Origin: Candidatus Obscuribacteraceae bacterium
GTDB lineage: Bacteria; Cyanobacteriota; Vampirovibrionia; Obscuribacterales; Obscuribacteraceae
Direction: 5' to 3'
DNA length: 64,000 nucleotides
Assembly: GCA_044229845.1 (NCBI GenBank)
Contig: JBGASG010000001.1
Span: forward strand, 192,001-256,000
Shown in pieces: positions 49,682 through 60,054 of this stretch (positions are counted from its first letter, which is position 1; each line of letters opens with the position of its first letter). A program made the translations under genes and the position numbers. Under the pieces are notes generated by a model. The model searched no databases. It was not told the DNA's origin and saw nothing but the letters and a program-made list of their open reading frames with translations.

Positions 49682-51081
49682 TGAGCGATCTGGAAAACAT
49701 TGTTGCCAACCAGGCTGAGGCGGCGACTGTGCCTGGCGATGCCGCCGGTGTGCCGGGGCGCGAGCCGGTGGGCTCAGGCGACGCCGATGCTCAGCAAACT
49801 GCCGGCGGACCGGTGACGGCGCCGTGCCAGACAGGCAAGGGTCTGATTGATCCGGAGTTGCTTTCCGCCTGCATTCACTGCGGGCTTTGCTTGCCCGCCT
49901 GTCCGACCTATCTGGTCACCGGTAAGGAAACCGAGTCTCCACGCGGACGCATACAACTTTTGGCTCTCATGGAAAAGGGCGAATTGCAGGGCGATGAGAA
50001 TCTTCTCTATCACATAGACACCTGCCTGGGCTGCATGGGCTGCCAGACTGCCTGTCCCTCCGGCGTGCACTACGAGCACATACTCGACCAGGCTCGCCCG
50101 CTTCTGGCTGAGCAGCGCAATCCTACTACCCGTGCGCTGATGCGGACGGTGTTCAGCAAGCTTTTGCCGGACTATCCCAAACTGCAGTGGATGGGAAAAC
50201 TGTTGCGCATCTGGCAGATGACTCACCTGGACGCGGTGCTGGATGCGGTGCCCCTGCTCAAGCAGTTTTTGGGCAAACTCAGTGACTGGCGCATGTTCTT
50301 GCCGCCTGTGCCGCCGCACAAAACGCTGCCCAAACAAGCCTGGCGCTCCGGCGAGAAGAAGGCTGAAGTACAGCTGTTTTCGGGCTGCATCATGGATGTC
50401 TTTTACAACGATATCAACCATGCGTGTGTGCGGCTTTTGACCGGGCAAAGAAACATTGTGCATACGCCCGAGCAGACCTGCTGCGGCGCGCTGGCTTTTC
50501 ATGCCGGCGAAACGGACATCGCGGTGCAACTGGCGAAGGTAAATATCGAACTTTTCGAAAGCACCAAAGGCGATATCATCGTCACCTCCGCCGGCTGTGG
50601 AGCGATGCTGAAGAACTACAGCACGCTTCTGGCTGGCGATCAAAACTGGCGCGAGCGCGCCCAGGATTTCTCGGAGCGCGTCAAGGACATTACCGAAACG
50701 CTGGCAGCCGGCAAGTTCATGGAAGCGCCGGCGCGCATGAAGAAGAAAGTCGCCTATCATGCCGCCTGCCACCTGGCGCACGTGCAGAAGGTGCGGGAGG
50801 CGCCCGCTGCTCTTCTGGCGCAGATTCCGGAAATCGAGCTGGTTCCTCTGGAAGAAGCTGAGCATTGCTGCGGTAGCGCCGGTATCTACAATCTCATACA
50901 CACCGAGCTTTCCATGAAAGTTCTGTCACGCAAAATGGCGTGCTTGAAGGACACGGACGCCGAAATATATGTGACCACTAATCCCGGCTGTCTCTTGCAG
51001 ATACAGGCCGGGGTGCGCGAGCAGAACCTGCCGGTGCGGGTTTGCCATCTGGCCGAGCTGCTCGACGAGGTCTATTCCTGA
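49681..51081 (+). CDS. glcF: Glycolate oxidase iron-sulfur subunit
   Basis: CIHCGLCLPACP, CLGCMGCQTACP, two CCG domains. Confidence 0.9.
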   Translation: MSDLENIVANQAEAATVPGDAAGVPGREPVGSGDADAQQTAGGPVTAPCQTGKGLIDPELLSACIHCGLCLPACPTYLVTGKETESPRGRIQLLALMEKGELQGDENLLYHIDTCLGCMGCQTACPSGVHYEHILDQARPLLAEQRNPTTRALMRTVFSKLLPDYPKLQWMGKLLRIWQMTHLDAVLDAVPLLKQFLGKLSDWRMFLPPVPPHKTLPKQAWRSGEKKAEVQLFSGCIMDVFYNDINHACVRLLTGQRNIVHTPEQTCCGALAFHAGETDIAVQLAKVNIELFESTKGDIIVTSAGCGAMLKNYSTLLAGDQNWRERAQDFSERVKDITETLAAGKFMEAPARMKKKVAYHAACHLAHVQKVREAPAALLAQIPEIELVPLEEAEHCCGSAGIYNLIHTELSMKVLSRKMACLKDTDAEIYVTTNPGCLLQIQAGVREQNLPVRVCHLAELLDEVYS

Positions 51082-51181
51082 GGGCTCCATGACATCCCGG
51101 ATGGGCAGCTTTATAGCTTGTGATGCGGTGATCAGGGGCTGTCCGGCACGGCTATAATTACCCCTTGCGCTTAAGAAGCGC

Positions 51182-51850
51182 ATGCAAGCGGCTCCGGAGA
51201 CCCTCCATTTGAAAACTGACGTGTCCGTGGAAAAGAAAAGATTTGATGTCTTCGACGGCGACCTTTCTGAAGAGCGCCTGCAGCACTACATGAAAAAGCC
51301 GGTTCTGGCGATCGACACCGAGACCCGCGGGCTGAATATTCATCGCGACCGGCTCTGTCTGGTGCAGATGTGTGACGCTGAAGGCGTGCTCAGCATCGTT
51401 AAGATCAAGAAAGGCACAGATGCGGACAACTTGCGCAAGTTGATGGCTAGCAAGAATGTCGTCAAACTTTTTCACTTCGCCCGCTTCGATGTAGCCGTGA
51501 TGAAGCACTACTTGCAGGTGGACGTCGCCCCGATCTGGTGCACCAAAATCGCCTCCAAGCTGGTGCGTACCTACACCGATCGGCACAGCCTCAAGGATGT
51601 GACGCGGGAATTGATGGGCATTGAACTGGACAAAACAGATCAGTCCAGCGATTGGGCGCGCGACGATCTCTCCGAGTCGCAAATGGAATACGCGGCTAAT
51701 GATGTGCGCAACTTGATTGAAATACAGCGCAAGCTGAAAATGATGCTCGACCGGGAAGGGCTGACTGACCTGGCGCAGAAGCTGTTTGATTTCTTGCCGA
51801 CGGTCGCCCAACTGGACCTGGGCGGCTGGCAAAACGTGTTTGAACATTGA
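51182..51850 (+). CDS. rnd: RNase D-like 3'-5' exonuclease (DEDDy); start uncertain
   Basis: AIDTET, RLCLVQ, FHFARFD, QSSDW, YAANDV. Confidence 0.88.
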   Translation: MQAAPETLHLKTDVSVEKKRFDVFDGDLSEERLQHYMKKPVLAIDTETRGLNIHRDRLCLVQMCDAEGVLSIVKIKKGTDADNLRKLMASKNVVKLFHFARFDVAVMKHYLQVDVAPIWCTKIASKLVRTYTDRHSLKDVTRELMGIELDKTDQSSDWARDDLSESQMEYAANDVRNLIEIQRKLKMMLDREGLTDLAQKLFDFLPTVAQLDLGGWQNVFEH

Positions 51851-51870
51851 TTTGATTAGCGAGGAAAGTC

Positions 51871-53325
51871 ATGTCCAAGTTGATTTACGAAAAATCCACC
51901 CGCGGTCGCCGGGCGATTCTCATGCCCCAGGCGGGAGTGCCCGAGACCAAGCTGGATTCGCTCTTGCCCGCCAAGTATTTGCGCAAGAGTCCGGCGCGCT
52001 TGCCGGAAGTCAGCGAACTGGAAGCCGTTCGTCACTTCGTCAAACTCTCGCAGTTGAATCATTCGATCGATACCGGGTTCTACCCGCTCGGCTCCTGCAC
52101 CATGAAGTACAACCCGAAGGTCAACGACGCCATGGCGGCGCTGGAGGGTTTCAGAGAATTGCATCCCTACCAGCCGGAAGATCAGATTCAAGGCGCGCTG
52201 GAAGTGCTCTTCAATCTTCAGCAAAACATCGCCGAAGTGGTGGGTCTGCCCTGCGTGACGCTGCAACCGGCTGCCGGCGCCCACGGCGAAATGCTGGGCT
52301 TGATGATCATCAAAGCTTACTTCAAAGCCAAAGGCGAAACCAAGCGCATCAAGGTAATTGTTCCTGATACCGCCCACGGTACCAATCCGGCCACCGCTGC
52401 TGCTGCCGGCTTTGAAGTTGTGGAAGTGGGATCGAATGAAAAGGGACTGGTCGACATCAAGGCGTTGAAAGCGGCTCTCGGCGATGATGTGGCTGCGATC
52501 ATGCTCACCAACCCGAGCACGCTCGGGCTTTTCGAAGAAGAAATCAAAGAAATCGCCAAACTGGTGCACGAAGCCGGCGGGCTGCTCTATTACGACGGCG
52601 CCAACTTGAATGCCATCATGGGGCTGGTGCGACCTGGTGATATGGGCTTCGATGTCTGTCACCTCAACCTGCACAAGACCTTTTCCACTCCTCACGGCGG
52701 CGGCGGACCGGGCGGCTGTGCCGTCGGTGTGCGGGCGACGCTGGAGAAGTTTCTTCCCAAGCCGGTCGTGGTCGAGCGCAATGGTCGCTTCGCGCTTGAT
52801 TGGGAGCGCCCGGATTCGGTCGGCAAGATCAAAGGATTTTACGGCAACTTCGGTATTCTGGTGCGGGCGCTGACCTATATTCTCGCGCACGGTAAAGAAG
52901 GGCTGTGCCAGGTTTCTCGCGACGCGATTCTTTCGGCTAATTACATCAAGCAAAAGCTCAAAGACCGCTATAAAGTGCCTTACAGCCAGCCCTGCATGCA
53001 TGAATTCGTCATGTCGGGATTGCGCCAGAAAGAGCGCGGCGTTTCCACCGCTCACATCGCCAAGCGTATGCTCGACTACGGCGTCCACGCACCGACAGTC
53101 TACTTCCCGCTGGTAGTGCCGGAAGCGATGATGATTGAACCGACAGAAACGGAATCGAAGCAGACCCTCGATGAATTTATTGAGATCATGCAGAAGATCG
53201 ATGATGAAACCATCGGCTCACCGGATGTGGTGCTGACCGCGCCGCACAAGACGCCGGTCGGCAAACTCGATGAAGCACTAGCCGCACGCAAGCCTAACCT
53301 GCGCTGGACGCCGGACGCTGAGTAA
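51871..53325 (+). CDS. gcvPB: Glycine dehydrogenase (decarboxylating) subunit 2
   Basis: [47 protein letters not shown]. Confidence 0.96.
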   Translation: MSKLIYEKSTRGRRAILMPQAGVPETKLDSLLPAKYLRKSPARLPEVSELEAVRHFVKLSQLNHSIDTGFYPLGSCTMKYNPKVNDAMAALEGFRELHPYQPEDQIQGALEVLFNLQQNIAEVVGLPCVTLQPAAGAHGEMLGLMIIKAYFKAKGETKRIKVIVPDTAHGTNPATAAAAGFEVVEVGSNEKGLVDIKALKAALGDDVAAIMLTNPSTLGLFEEEIKEIAKLVHEAGGLLYYDGANLNAIMGLVRPGDMGFDVCHLNLHKTFSTPHGGGGPGGCAVGVRATLEKFLPKPVVVERNGRFALDWERPDSVGKIKGFYGNFGILVRALTYILAHGKEGLCQVSRDAILSANYIKQKLKDRYKVPYSQPCMHEFVMSGLRQKERGVSTAHIAKRMLDYGVHAPTVYFPLVVPEAMMIEPTETESKQTLDEFIEIMQKIDDETIGSPDVVLTAPHKTPVGKLDEALAARKPNLRWTPDAE

Positions 53326-53343
53326 CAGCGCTGCTTTCCAGAT

Positions 53344-53943
53344 CTAGATCAGGTGTCCGTACTCAAGTTTGAACTTGATGTACGAGATGCGTTCTTTCAG
53401 CCTGGCTATCTCTTTGTTCGTCCCATTGATGGTGACGATGCAAAGGAAGGCGCAGGAGTTGATAAACAAAAGCGGTGTGGTGGCAATGACGACACGCGTC
53501 ACTTCATCCCCGAGAAACTCGTTATAGCACTTCATAGCGAGCCACAAGCCTACGAGGTTGCCGGCAAAAAATGTGAACCAGTGCAGAGCCAACAGCATCT
53601 GTTCACGCATCAAAGTCAACGTCAGCGTATTCATCTCATCGTGCAGTGCGTTGCTTTTCTTCGGCGGTGCGGTCGTCACCGTCGCGAAGTTGGGCACCGT
53701 CAGTGGACCCGTGCCGCCGAAATTCGGGATTGTAATCGCTCCCGCATCGACAGTGGGCCGCGGCTGGAATTGCGGTACTGGCTGCGAGGCCAGTCCACAA
53801 GAACCGCAAAACTTCGCATGTGCTTCGTTTACTTGCGAGCACTGCGGGCAAACTGCATATTCGATTTGTCCCTGGTAGGACGCGGTCACTGGGCTTGTTC
53901 CTTGAAAAACCGGAGAACCTGGACGAGTACGGGTGCCATTCAT
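53344..53943 (-). CDS. Zinc-ribbon protein with two C-terminal TM helices
   Basis: CPQC...FCGSCG, then two hydrophobic helices; SD GAGGGG. Confidence 0.72.
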   Translation of the reverse strand: MNGTRTRPGSPVFQGTSPVTASYQGQIEYAVCPQCSQVNEAHAKFCGSCGLASQPVPQFQPRPTVDAGAITIPNFGGTGPLTVPNFATVTTAPPKKSNALHDEMNTLTLTLMREQMLLALHWFTFFAGNLVGLWLAMKCYNEFLGDEVTRVVIATTPLLFINSCAFLCIVTINGTNKEIARLKERISYIKFKLEYGHLI

Positions 53944-54255
53944 CTGTTTGATCCCCTCTAATCGCCCCGCTTACCCCTGCTGGTTAGAGCGCGGGTTCGC
54001 CACGATTATTATTAGAGCGCATTTAATCTTTTAACGCGGGAGTTCAGGGGGGTTTTCCCCACGATTTGCGCTTCGATCTATGGAGATCAGTAAGAGATAC
54101 CAGTCGGATACCTGCGGTCTGATCAAGAAAGTAAGTCAAAACAGCGTGCGATGCAAGCTAGATGCGGTTTAACAAGCATTCTGGCAACCTGTTTTAAACA
54201 GTGCTTTCCGCCGCCGAGCGGCAGCCAAATGCACTGCATTTGAGCATCCAGCCGC

Positions 54256-55830
54256 TCAGCTCGTTATTTCGGATCTCAACCGCGCCGCAGTCTTAAACAG
54301 ATTTATAGCTGCCGTCGGGTTGAAACGCCCATCGCTGAAGACTTCTTTGAGCAGAGCTTTGCGGATATCGGCGCCGCCGTCACGAAACACCAGGCGCTGC
54401 GCAAAGGGCATAGCCGCCTCGACAAAGTTGAAGTTCGGGTTGATGGAAACAGCCACCCCTTCCAGAGTGAGGAGCGCCCGCATGATGTAGGTGAACTCGC
54501 AGGGCAACCGAAATGGGTAGCGATAGACGACATCGGAGAAGTCAAAGACGACTTTGCGGAATCGCACTTTGGTCAGCCCTTCATTGAAACGGGCTTCCAG
54601 AATCGGTGTCAGGTCGGCGCACAGCGCATCGCGGTCGACGTCAGGCTTCAGGAAACCCATGTCGACAAAGTCGTCGACCAGGAGACGATATTCGCGTTTG
54701 ATCACGTGCAGGAAGGAGTTGACCAGGCTTTGTTTGAGATCGCCCGAGAGGCGTCCCACCATGCCGAAATCGAAAACTCCGATGCGCCCGTCTGCCATGA
54801 TGCGCAGATTGCCCGGGTGCGGATCAGCATGGAAGAAACCATCTTCAAGCAATTGACGCAGATAGAAGTTGGTACCAATGGCGGTGAGCTCGTCGCGATC
54901 GAGTCCCATTCTTTCGATGGTTTCCGAATCGGTGACGCGGGCGCCGGCTACGTACTCGATGGTGAGAACGCGGCGGCCGGTGAGTTTCCAGATAATGCGT
55001 GGAATGTATATGCGATCGAAACCGCGGAAGTTATGGCGGAAACGGTCGGCATTGCGCCCTTCGCGCAAATAATCGATCTCTTCGAAAATGGTGCGCGCAA
55101 ATTCCTGCACGACACCCGGCCAGTCGGTGTGGCGGCAGAGAGTCGGGTATGTCATCACCTCGTCGGCAACCGCTTCCAGCGCCTGCACATCGAAGGCGAT
55201 CGTCTGTCCTAGATTTGGCCGCTGAACTTTGACGACTACGTCGCGACCATCTTTGAGGACGGCTTTGTACGCCTGACTGAGGCTGGCGGCGGCCAGCGGT
55301 TGCTCGTCGAACTCGATGAAAAGCTCTTCCGGAGTGGCGCCCAGTTCGCGCTCGATGGTGGCACGGGCGATGGACAGAGGATACGGTGCTACTTCTTCCT
55401 GGAGTTTAGCCAGTTCGACCAGCGCCGGCAGCGGCACAAGGTCGGCGCGCGTGGACAGCGTTTGTCCGATCTTGATGAACGTCGGACCCAGCCTGTAGAG
55501 ATGCTCGCGCAACCAGGCTCCCAACTCGCGATATTCTTCCATCTCGACGCTGGTCAGCGCTTCTTCTTCGAAGTCGCGTCCGCTCTGTTTAGCCTCGACC
55601 ATGCGGGCGAATTCGCGGGCGTGATAGCGCGAAAAACCGCGCACAGCCACGATGATCAGGTGGATAATCGGCACCACTCGCAGCGCCTGCCGCCAGCCCT
55701 GCAGAGCGCGGATCCGCCAGAATACTCGCCAGCACGACACAACCAATCTGGACAGCGTCACTTCTGCAAACAGATTCGCTGTGTGAATGGAACTAGTTGC
55801 CGGCGCTTGCCTTTCCAATTTAGTATCCAA
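54256..55830 (-). CDS. ABC1/AarF/UbiB family atypical kinase
   Basis: LGPTFIKIGQ, AAASLSQ, VKVQRP, FFHADPHPGN, DFGMVG. Confidence 0.93.
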   Translation of the reverse strand: MDTKLERQAPATSSIHTANLFAEVTLSRLVVSCWRVFWRIRALQGWRQALRVVPIIHLIIVAVRGFSRYHAREFARMVEAKQSGRDFEEEALTSVEMEEYRELGAWLREHLYRLGPTFIKIGQTLSTRADLVPLPALVELAKLQEEVAPYPLSIARATIERELGATPEELFIEFDEQPLAAASLSQAYKAVLKDGRDVVVKVQRPNLGQTIAFDVQALEAVADEVMTYPTLCRHTDWPGVVQEFARTIFEEIDYLREGRNADRFRHNFRGFDRIYIPRIIWKLTGRRVLTIEYVAGARVTDSETIERMGLDRDELTAIGTNFYLRQLLEDGFFHADPHPGNLRIMADGRIGVFDFGMVGRLSGDLKQSLVNSFLHVIKREYRLLVDDFVDMGFLKPDVDRDALCADLTPILEARFNEGLTKVRFRKVVFDFSDVVYRYPFRLPCEFTYIMRALLTLEGVAVSINPNFNFVEAAMPFAQRLVFRDGGADIRKALLKEVFSDGRFNPTAAINLFKTAARLRSEITS

Positions 55831-56042
55831 AACAGAGGGATTCCTTTCTGATCAGTTCTGGTCAACGCCCAGACTTCTTGACCACTATCTTATGACGAGA
55901 AGATCTGATGTCAGAGGGTCGGAACATAAAATTAACTTTGCTCGCAACGTTCCTAACACAGCAGAGGCTCACTGCAACTGCGTCTCACTGCGAAACCCTG
56001 TGCAGCTGTCTATTTGATCATGTCGCTGGGTGTGAAGGCGAA

Positions 56043-56771
56043 TTAGCGGCCGCCCAGGGCCTGAAACTGCAGCTCGATGATCTCTTTGACGCCTTTTTCA
56101 GCCAGGGTCATGAGCTCAGGCAGTTTTGAGTTGTCCCATGGTTTCTCTTCGGACGAAAGTTGCAGTTCGAGGATCTTGCCCGACTCGGTGAGGACGATAT
56201 TGCTGTCCATCCGGGCCTGGGAGTCTTCCTGATAGTTGGGGTCGAGCAAAAGCTGTCCATTGACGTCGCAGATGCTTACAGCCGCCATGTGTTCGATCAG
56301 CGGCAGCGAGTCCCAGAAACAGGTCTTTTGCAGTTTCAGGAGCGCGTCGTATAAAGCCAGAAATCCGCCGCTTATGGACGCAACGCGTGTGCCGGCGTCG
56401 GCCTGCAAAACATCGCAGTCGATAGTAATCGTGCGCTCTCCCAGAGCCTGACGATCGATGACTGCTCGCAGCGTCCGCCCGATCAGGCGTTGTATCTCGG
56501 CGGTGCGCCCGGAAGGCTGTCCGCGTGTCACTTCACGTACGGAGCGCTGAATGGTCGAACCCGGCAGGAGTGAATACTCGGCGGTTACCCAGCCTTCACC
56601 CTTGCCCATGAGAAAAGCCGGCACCCGCTCTTCCACCTTGGCGGTGGTCAATACCTTGGTGTCGCCAAACTCTACGAGAACGCTACCCTCGGCGTTCTTG
56701 GTGAAGTTGCGTGTAAATTTTACGGGCCTGAGCTGGTCCCATTGCCGATTGTCTCGTCGGCGAACAGCCAT
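56043..56771 (-). CDS. rph: Ribonuclease PH
   Basis: AEGSVLVEFGDTKV, GWVTAEYSLLP, EIQRLIGR, DCDVLQADAGTR. Confidence 0.96.
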   Translation of the reverse strand: MAVRRRDNRQWDQLRPVKFTRNFTKNAEGSVLVEFGDTKVLTTAKVEERVPAFLMGKGEGWVTAEYSLLPGSTIQRSVREVTRGQPSGRTAEIQRLIGRTLRAVIDRQALGERTITIDCDVLQADAGTRVASISGGFLALYDALLKLQKTCFWDSLPLIEHMAAVSICDVNGQLLLDPNYQEDSQARMDSNIVLTESGKILELQLSSEEKPWDNSKLPELMTLAEKGVKEIIELQFQALGGR

Positions 56772-56886
56772 CTCAAACTCACTTTCTAGTTTCGAAGCTG
56801 TCGATATTAATCGGGCTTATTTTAGCGCCAAAGTATATCGAAAGTCTGAGAAAGTCTGGACTTTCGTATGCTTGAAATGGGGTTGC

Positions 56887-56920
56887 AAATAGAAGGACCG
56901 CCCCGTGAAGGTGGCGGTCC
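56887..56920 (-). terminator. Probable terminator after the Thr-rich lipoprotein gene
   Basis: GGACCGCC/GGCGGTCC stem with minus-strand TTCTATTT tail. Confidence 0.65.
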
Positions 56921-56984
56921 AATCTTTGATCTTGTACTGTGCCGTGCTACCAGACGTGGTATCACAGCCGCATACAGCTTTCGA

Positions 56985-57224
56985 CTATGAGCCAGCGTCC
57001 GTAGCGGTACTGGTGGTGGTATCAGTAGTCGTTGTGGTCGTGGTGGTCGTGCCGGCGCCTGCATCAGTGGCGGTGCTGGTGGTCGTGGTCGACGAGCTGC
57101 CATCGGTGGCGGTGCTGGTGGTTGTGGTGTCTCCACCGCCAGTGGTTCCGCCGCAAGCTGCGAGCGAGGCGACCAACGCGAGGCTGGCTGTTGCAAGCGC
57201 GATTTTCTGAAGATTCAAAGCCAT
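56985..57224 (-). CDS. Small Thr/Gly-rich lipoprotein
   Basis: Signal peptide with LAAC lipobox; mature part low complexity; own terminator. Confidence 0.8.
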   Translation of the reverse strand: MALNLQKIALATASLALVASLAACGGTTGGGDTTTTSTATDGSSSTTTTSTATDAGAGTTTTTTTTTDTTTSTATDAGS

Positions 57225-57521
57225 AAACTTATCCCGTCTCCTTTGCTGGATATCTCAGTGCCTGGTTGATCTAGCGATCTTTTGCTTATCTCACTTGCCG
57301 CAACGCAACGACAAGCTTAGTAATTGCCAACCTGAAGCGGCCGCAATAATAACAGGTAAATTTACTAGGAGCAAACTAAATCTACTAGTGATTGCATCAG
57401 CGTTTTTACAATGCCGGTAAGCACAAGGATCGCTCGCTGACTCGCTGTGCAGGATCTTTAGTTGCGGCGGATAAATCCCACGCACGTTACATTGCGAGCA
57501 CTTTTGATCCATGCCGCGTTG

Positions 57522-59054
57522 TCAATGTTGGAGTAAACAGCTACCTGTCATCTCCAATGGTTTAGGAATTCTCATCACTTCCAGAACCGTAGGCGCCACA
57601 TCGCAAAGCGCACCATTGCGTAGCTGAGTGCCGGCAGGAACGCGGCCGCTGAAGTCTGCCACTATGAACGGTACCGGATTGGTTGTGTGGGCGGTGTGCG
57701 GCTCGCCCGTCTTCAAATCGATCATCTGCTCAACGTTGCCATGATCCGCAGTGATCAATAGAGTTCCTTTTGCGTCTCTGGTTGCGTCCAGCAGTTTGCC
57801 AAAAGCCAGATCCACTGAATCTACGGCGTCGACGGCGGCTTCCATGAAGCCTGTATGCCCCACCATGTCCGGGTTTGCGAAATTGAGAACGATGAAGGGA
57901 TATTGACCGGATGTGATCGCTTTGCAGGCAAGATCAGCGACACCTTCAGTCTGCATAGAGGGAGCCTGGTCGTAGGTTGCCACCTTCAGTGATGGCACAA
58001 GTACGCGCTCTTCTCCATCATTGGCGGCCTCTTTTCCGCCGTTGAAAAAGTACGTAACGTGGGCATATTTCTCGGTTTCAGCCAGATGAAGCTGTTTGAG
58101 GTGGTGGCAGGCCAGCAGTTCCGGCAAGGTATTTTTCATGTCCTGCGAAGGTAGTTGTTCCGGACTGAAAGCAACCGGCAAATGCAATGTCGAATCGTAT
58201 TCCGTCAGACATACATAAGTGATACTGGGCACGACCGGCCGAGGGAAATCACTGAAATCGAGTTGTGTCAGCACGCGTGAAATCTGGCGTACGCGGTCAG
58301 GTCGGAAGTTAAAACAGATTACGCTGTCACCGCTTTGTATCGGACGCTTAGTCACCACAGTTGGTAGCACGAACTCGTCGTTTTCTTCGCGGGCATAACC
58401 GGCCTCAACGGCTTGCACCGCCGATTTGGCTTCCAGCCCTTCTCCCAGCACCAGCGCTCGCCAATACTTTTCGACGCGATCCCAACGCTGGTCGCGATCC
58501 ATTGCGTAGTATCTCCCCGACACCACACCGATAAAGCCTTTGCCTGCCAGTTTGCCTTCCAACTCGCGCATAAAACGCAAAGCCGAACGGGGCGGTGTAT
58601 CGCGTCCATCGAGAATCGGGTGGATAACCAGCTCCGGAACCTGCTCTCGCTGAGCAAACTGGATGAGGCCGTCCAGGTGATCCGGACTGGAGTGGACGCA
58701 ACCGTCGCTGACCAAACCTATTAGATGCAGCGCTCCTTTGTTTTTCTTGGCCGCATCGGATGCGATTTTGAGCGCCGGATTCTGAAAGAACGTTCCGTCG
58801 ATTATCGTCTGGCTGATCTGTGTCAGCTTCTGAATGACCACGCGGCCCGCGCCGATATTCAGGTGACCGACCTCCGAATTGCCCATCAGCCCCGGCGGCA
58901 GCCCGACACACTCACCGGAAGCTTCCAGCAAGCTGTGGGGAAACTTATTAAGCAGGAGTTGATAATTGGGTGTTTTGGCGGCAGTCACCGCGTTTCCCTT
59001 TGTTTCCGGCGAAACTCCCCACCCATCCAGAACCAACAACGTAACTGGTTGCAT
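57522..59054 (-). CDS. gpmI: 2,3-bisphosphoglycerate-independent phosphoglycerate mutase
   Basis: LDGWG, MGNSEVGH, GRYYAMDRD, AETEKYAHVT, NPDMVGHTG, TADHGN. Confidence 0.98.
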   Translation of the reverse strand: MQPVTLLVLDGWGVSPETKGNAVTAAKTPNYQLLLNKFPHSLLEASGECVGLPPGLMGNSEVGHLNIGAGRVVIQKLTQISQTIIDGTFFQNPALKIASDAAKKNKGALHLIGLVSDGCVHSSPDHLDGLIQFAQREQVPELVIHPILDGRDTPPRSALRFMRELEGKLAGKGFIGVVSGRYYAMDRDQRWDRVEKYWRALVLGEGLEAKSAVQAVEAGYAREENDEFVLPTVVTKRPIQSGDSVICFNFRPDRVRQISRVLTQLDFSDFPRPVVPSITYVCLTEYDSTLHLPVAFSPEQLPSQDMKNTLPELLACHHLKQLHLAETEKYAHVTYFFNGGKEAANDGEERVLVPSLKVATYDQAPSMQTEGVADLACKAITSGQYPFIVLNFANPDMVGHTGFMEAAVDAVDSVDLAFGKLLDATRDAKGTLLITADHGNVEQMIDLKTGEPHTAHTTNPVPFIVADFSGRVPAGTQLRNGALCDVAPTVLEVMRIPKPLEMTGSCLLQH

Positions 59055-59059
59055 ACTTT

Positions 59060-59141
59060 ATTCCTGCCTGATTCCTGCCTGATTCCTGCCTGATTCCTGC
59101 CTGATTCCTGCCCTGATTCCTGCCCTGATTCTTGCCCTGAT
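59060..59141. repeat. Intergenic tandem repeat: 4 x ATTCCTGCCTG plus 3 x ATTC(C/T)TGCCCTG
   Basis: 11-mers at 59060, 59071, 59082, 59093; 12-mers at 59104, 59116, 59128. Confidence 0.95.
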
Positions 59142-59175
59142 CTAAGCGATATAGCAGTGCAGCGCATAGCATATC

Positions 59176-60054
59176 GTGTGGGCGGCCCCTTCCGCCCCGA
59201 TACACGAACGACCGGGCGCACTTATAATAATGTCGCCTTGCCTGTTGAAGGATGTGCGTCGCTTGCCGGACTCCAGAGCCACTGGTCCCGTTAACATCTC
59301 GAAAAGAGGACGCCAAGAGCCTGCGTCCCAGTCCACTGCGCCTGCGGGCGAGTCAGCAGGCGCCGATGCGCCCAAGGGACCTCCACCCGATATATCGAAT
59401 TGGATAGCTGAGGTCAGCCACGAACTGCGTCTGCCGCTGGCCAACATTCGCTTGCTGGTGGAGACCCTATTGGACGGCGCTCTGGAAGATGAGGAAGTAG
59501 CGCGGCGCATGCTTAAGCGCGCTTATCAGGAAATCGAACGTTTGCAGTCGCTGGTGGTGAACCTGCTCTCGGTGGAGCAGGTGGCGGAAAAACGCGGCGA
59601 ATTGAAAGCTGAGTGGATATCTCTTGTCGAGCGGGCTGCCTATGCGGCGGAAACCGTCGGCGAGCAGGCGAATGCCAAAGATATATCGGTCAAGATCAGC
59701 GTGCCGTCCGGTGCTCAGATTCTGGCCAATGCGGAGCAGTTCGACCAGGTGTTACTGAACCTGGTTGAGAACGCAGTCAAGTTCACGCCTAAAGGCGGCA
59801 CGATTGTAATCAGGCAGGGGCGGACTCCGACCAGTGTGGCTGTGGAAGACACCGGTATCGGTATCGCCGAGGCCGATCTGGCGAAAATTTTTCAGCGTTT
59901 CTACCGCGTCGATCGAGGCAAAGGCTCAACCGGACTGGGGTTGTCGATCGTCAAACACATCGCCGAATTGCACAACGCAAAAATCCTCGTCGACTCTATC
60001 GAAGGCAAAGGCTCGACATTCGAACTACAGTTTCCCGATGGTGGCAATATATGA
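59176..60054 (+). CDS. Soluble histidine kinase, PhoR/SphS-like; start uncertain
   Basis: SHELRLPLANIRLLVETL, NLVENAVKF, DTGIGI, STGLGL; operon with PhoB-like RR and PhoU. Confidence 0.82.
   Translation: MWAAPSAPIHERPGALIIMSPCLLKDVRRLPDSRATGPVNISKRGRQEPASQSTAPAGESAGADAPKGPPPDISNWIAEVSHELRLPLANIRLLVETLLDGALEDEEVARRMLKRAYQEIERLQSLVVNLLSVEQVAEKRGELKAEWISLVERAAYAAETVGEQANAKDISVKISVPSGAQILANAEQFDQVLLNLVENAVKFTPKGGTIVIRQGRTPTSVAVEDTGIGIAEADLAKIFQRFYRVDRGKGSTGLGLSIVKHIAELHNAKILVDSIEGKGSTFELQFPDGGNI

Noticed and set aside
59060..59141. Possible CRISPR array
   Set aside because: Units are contiguous 11-12-mers with no spacers, and there are no cas genes
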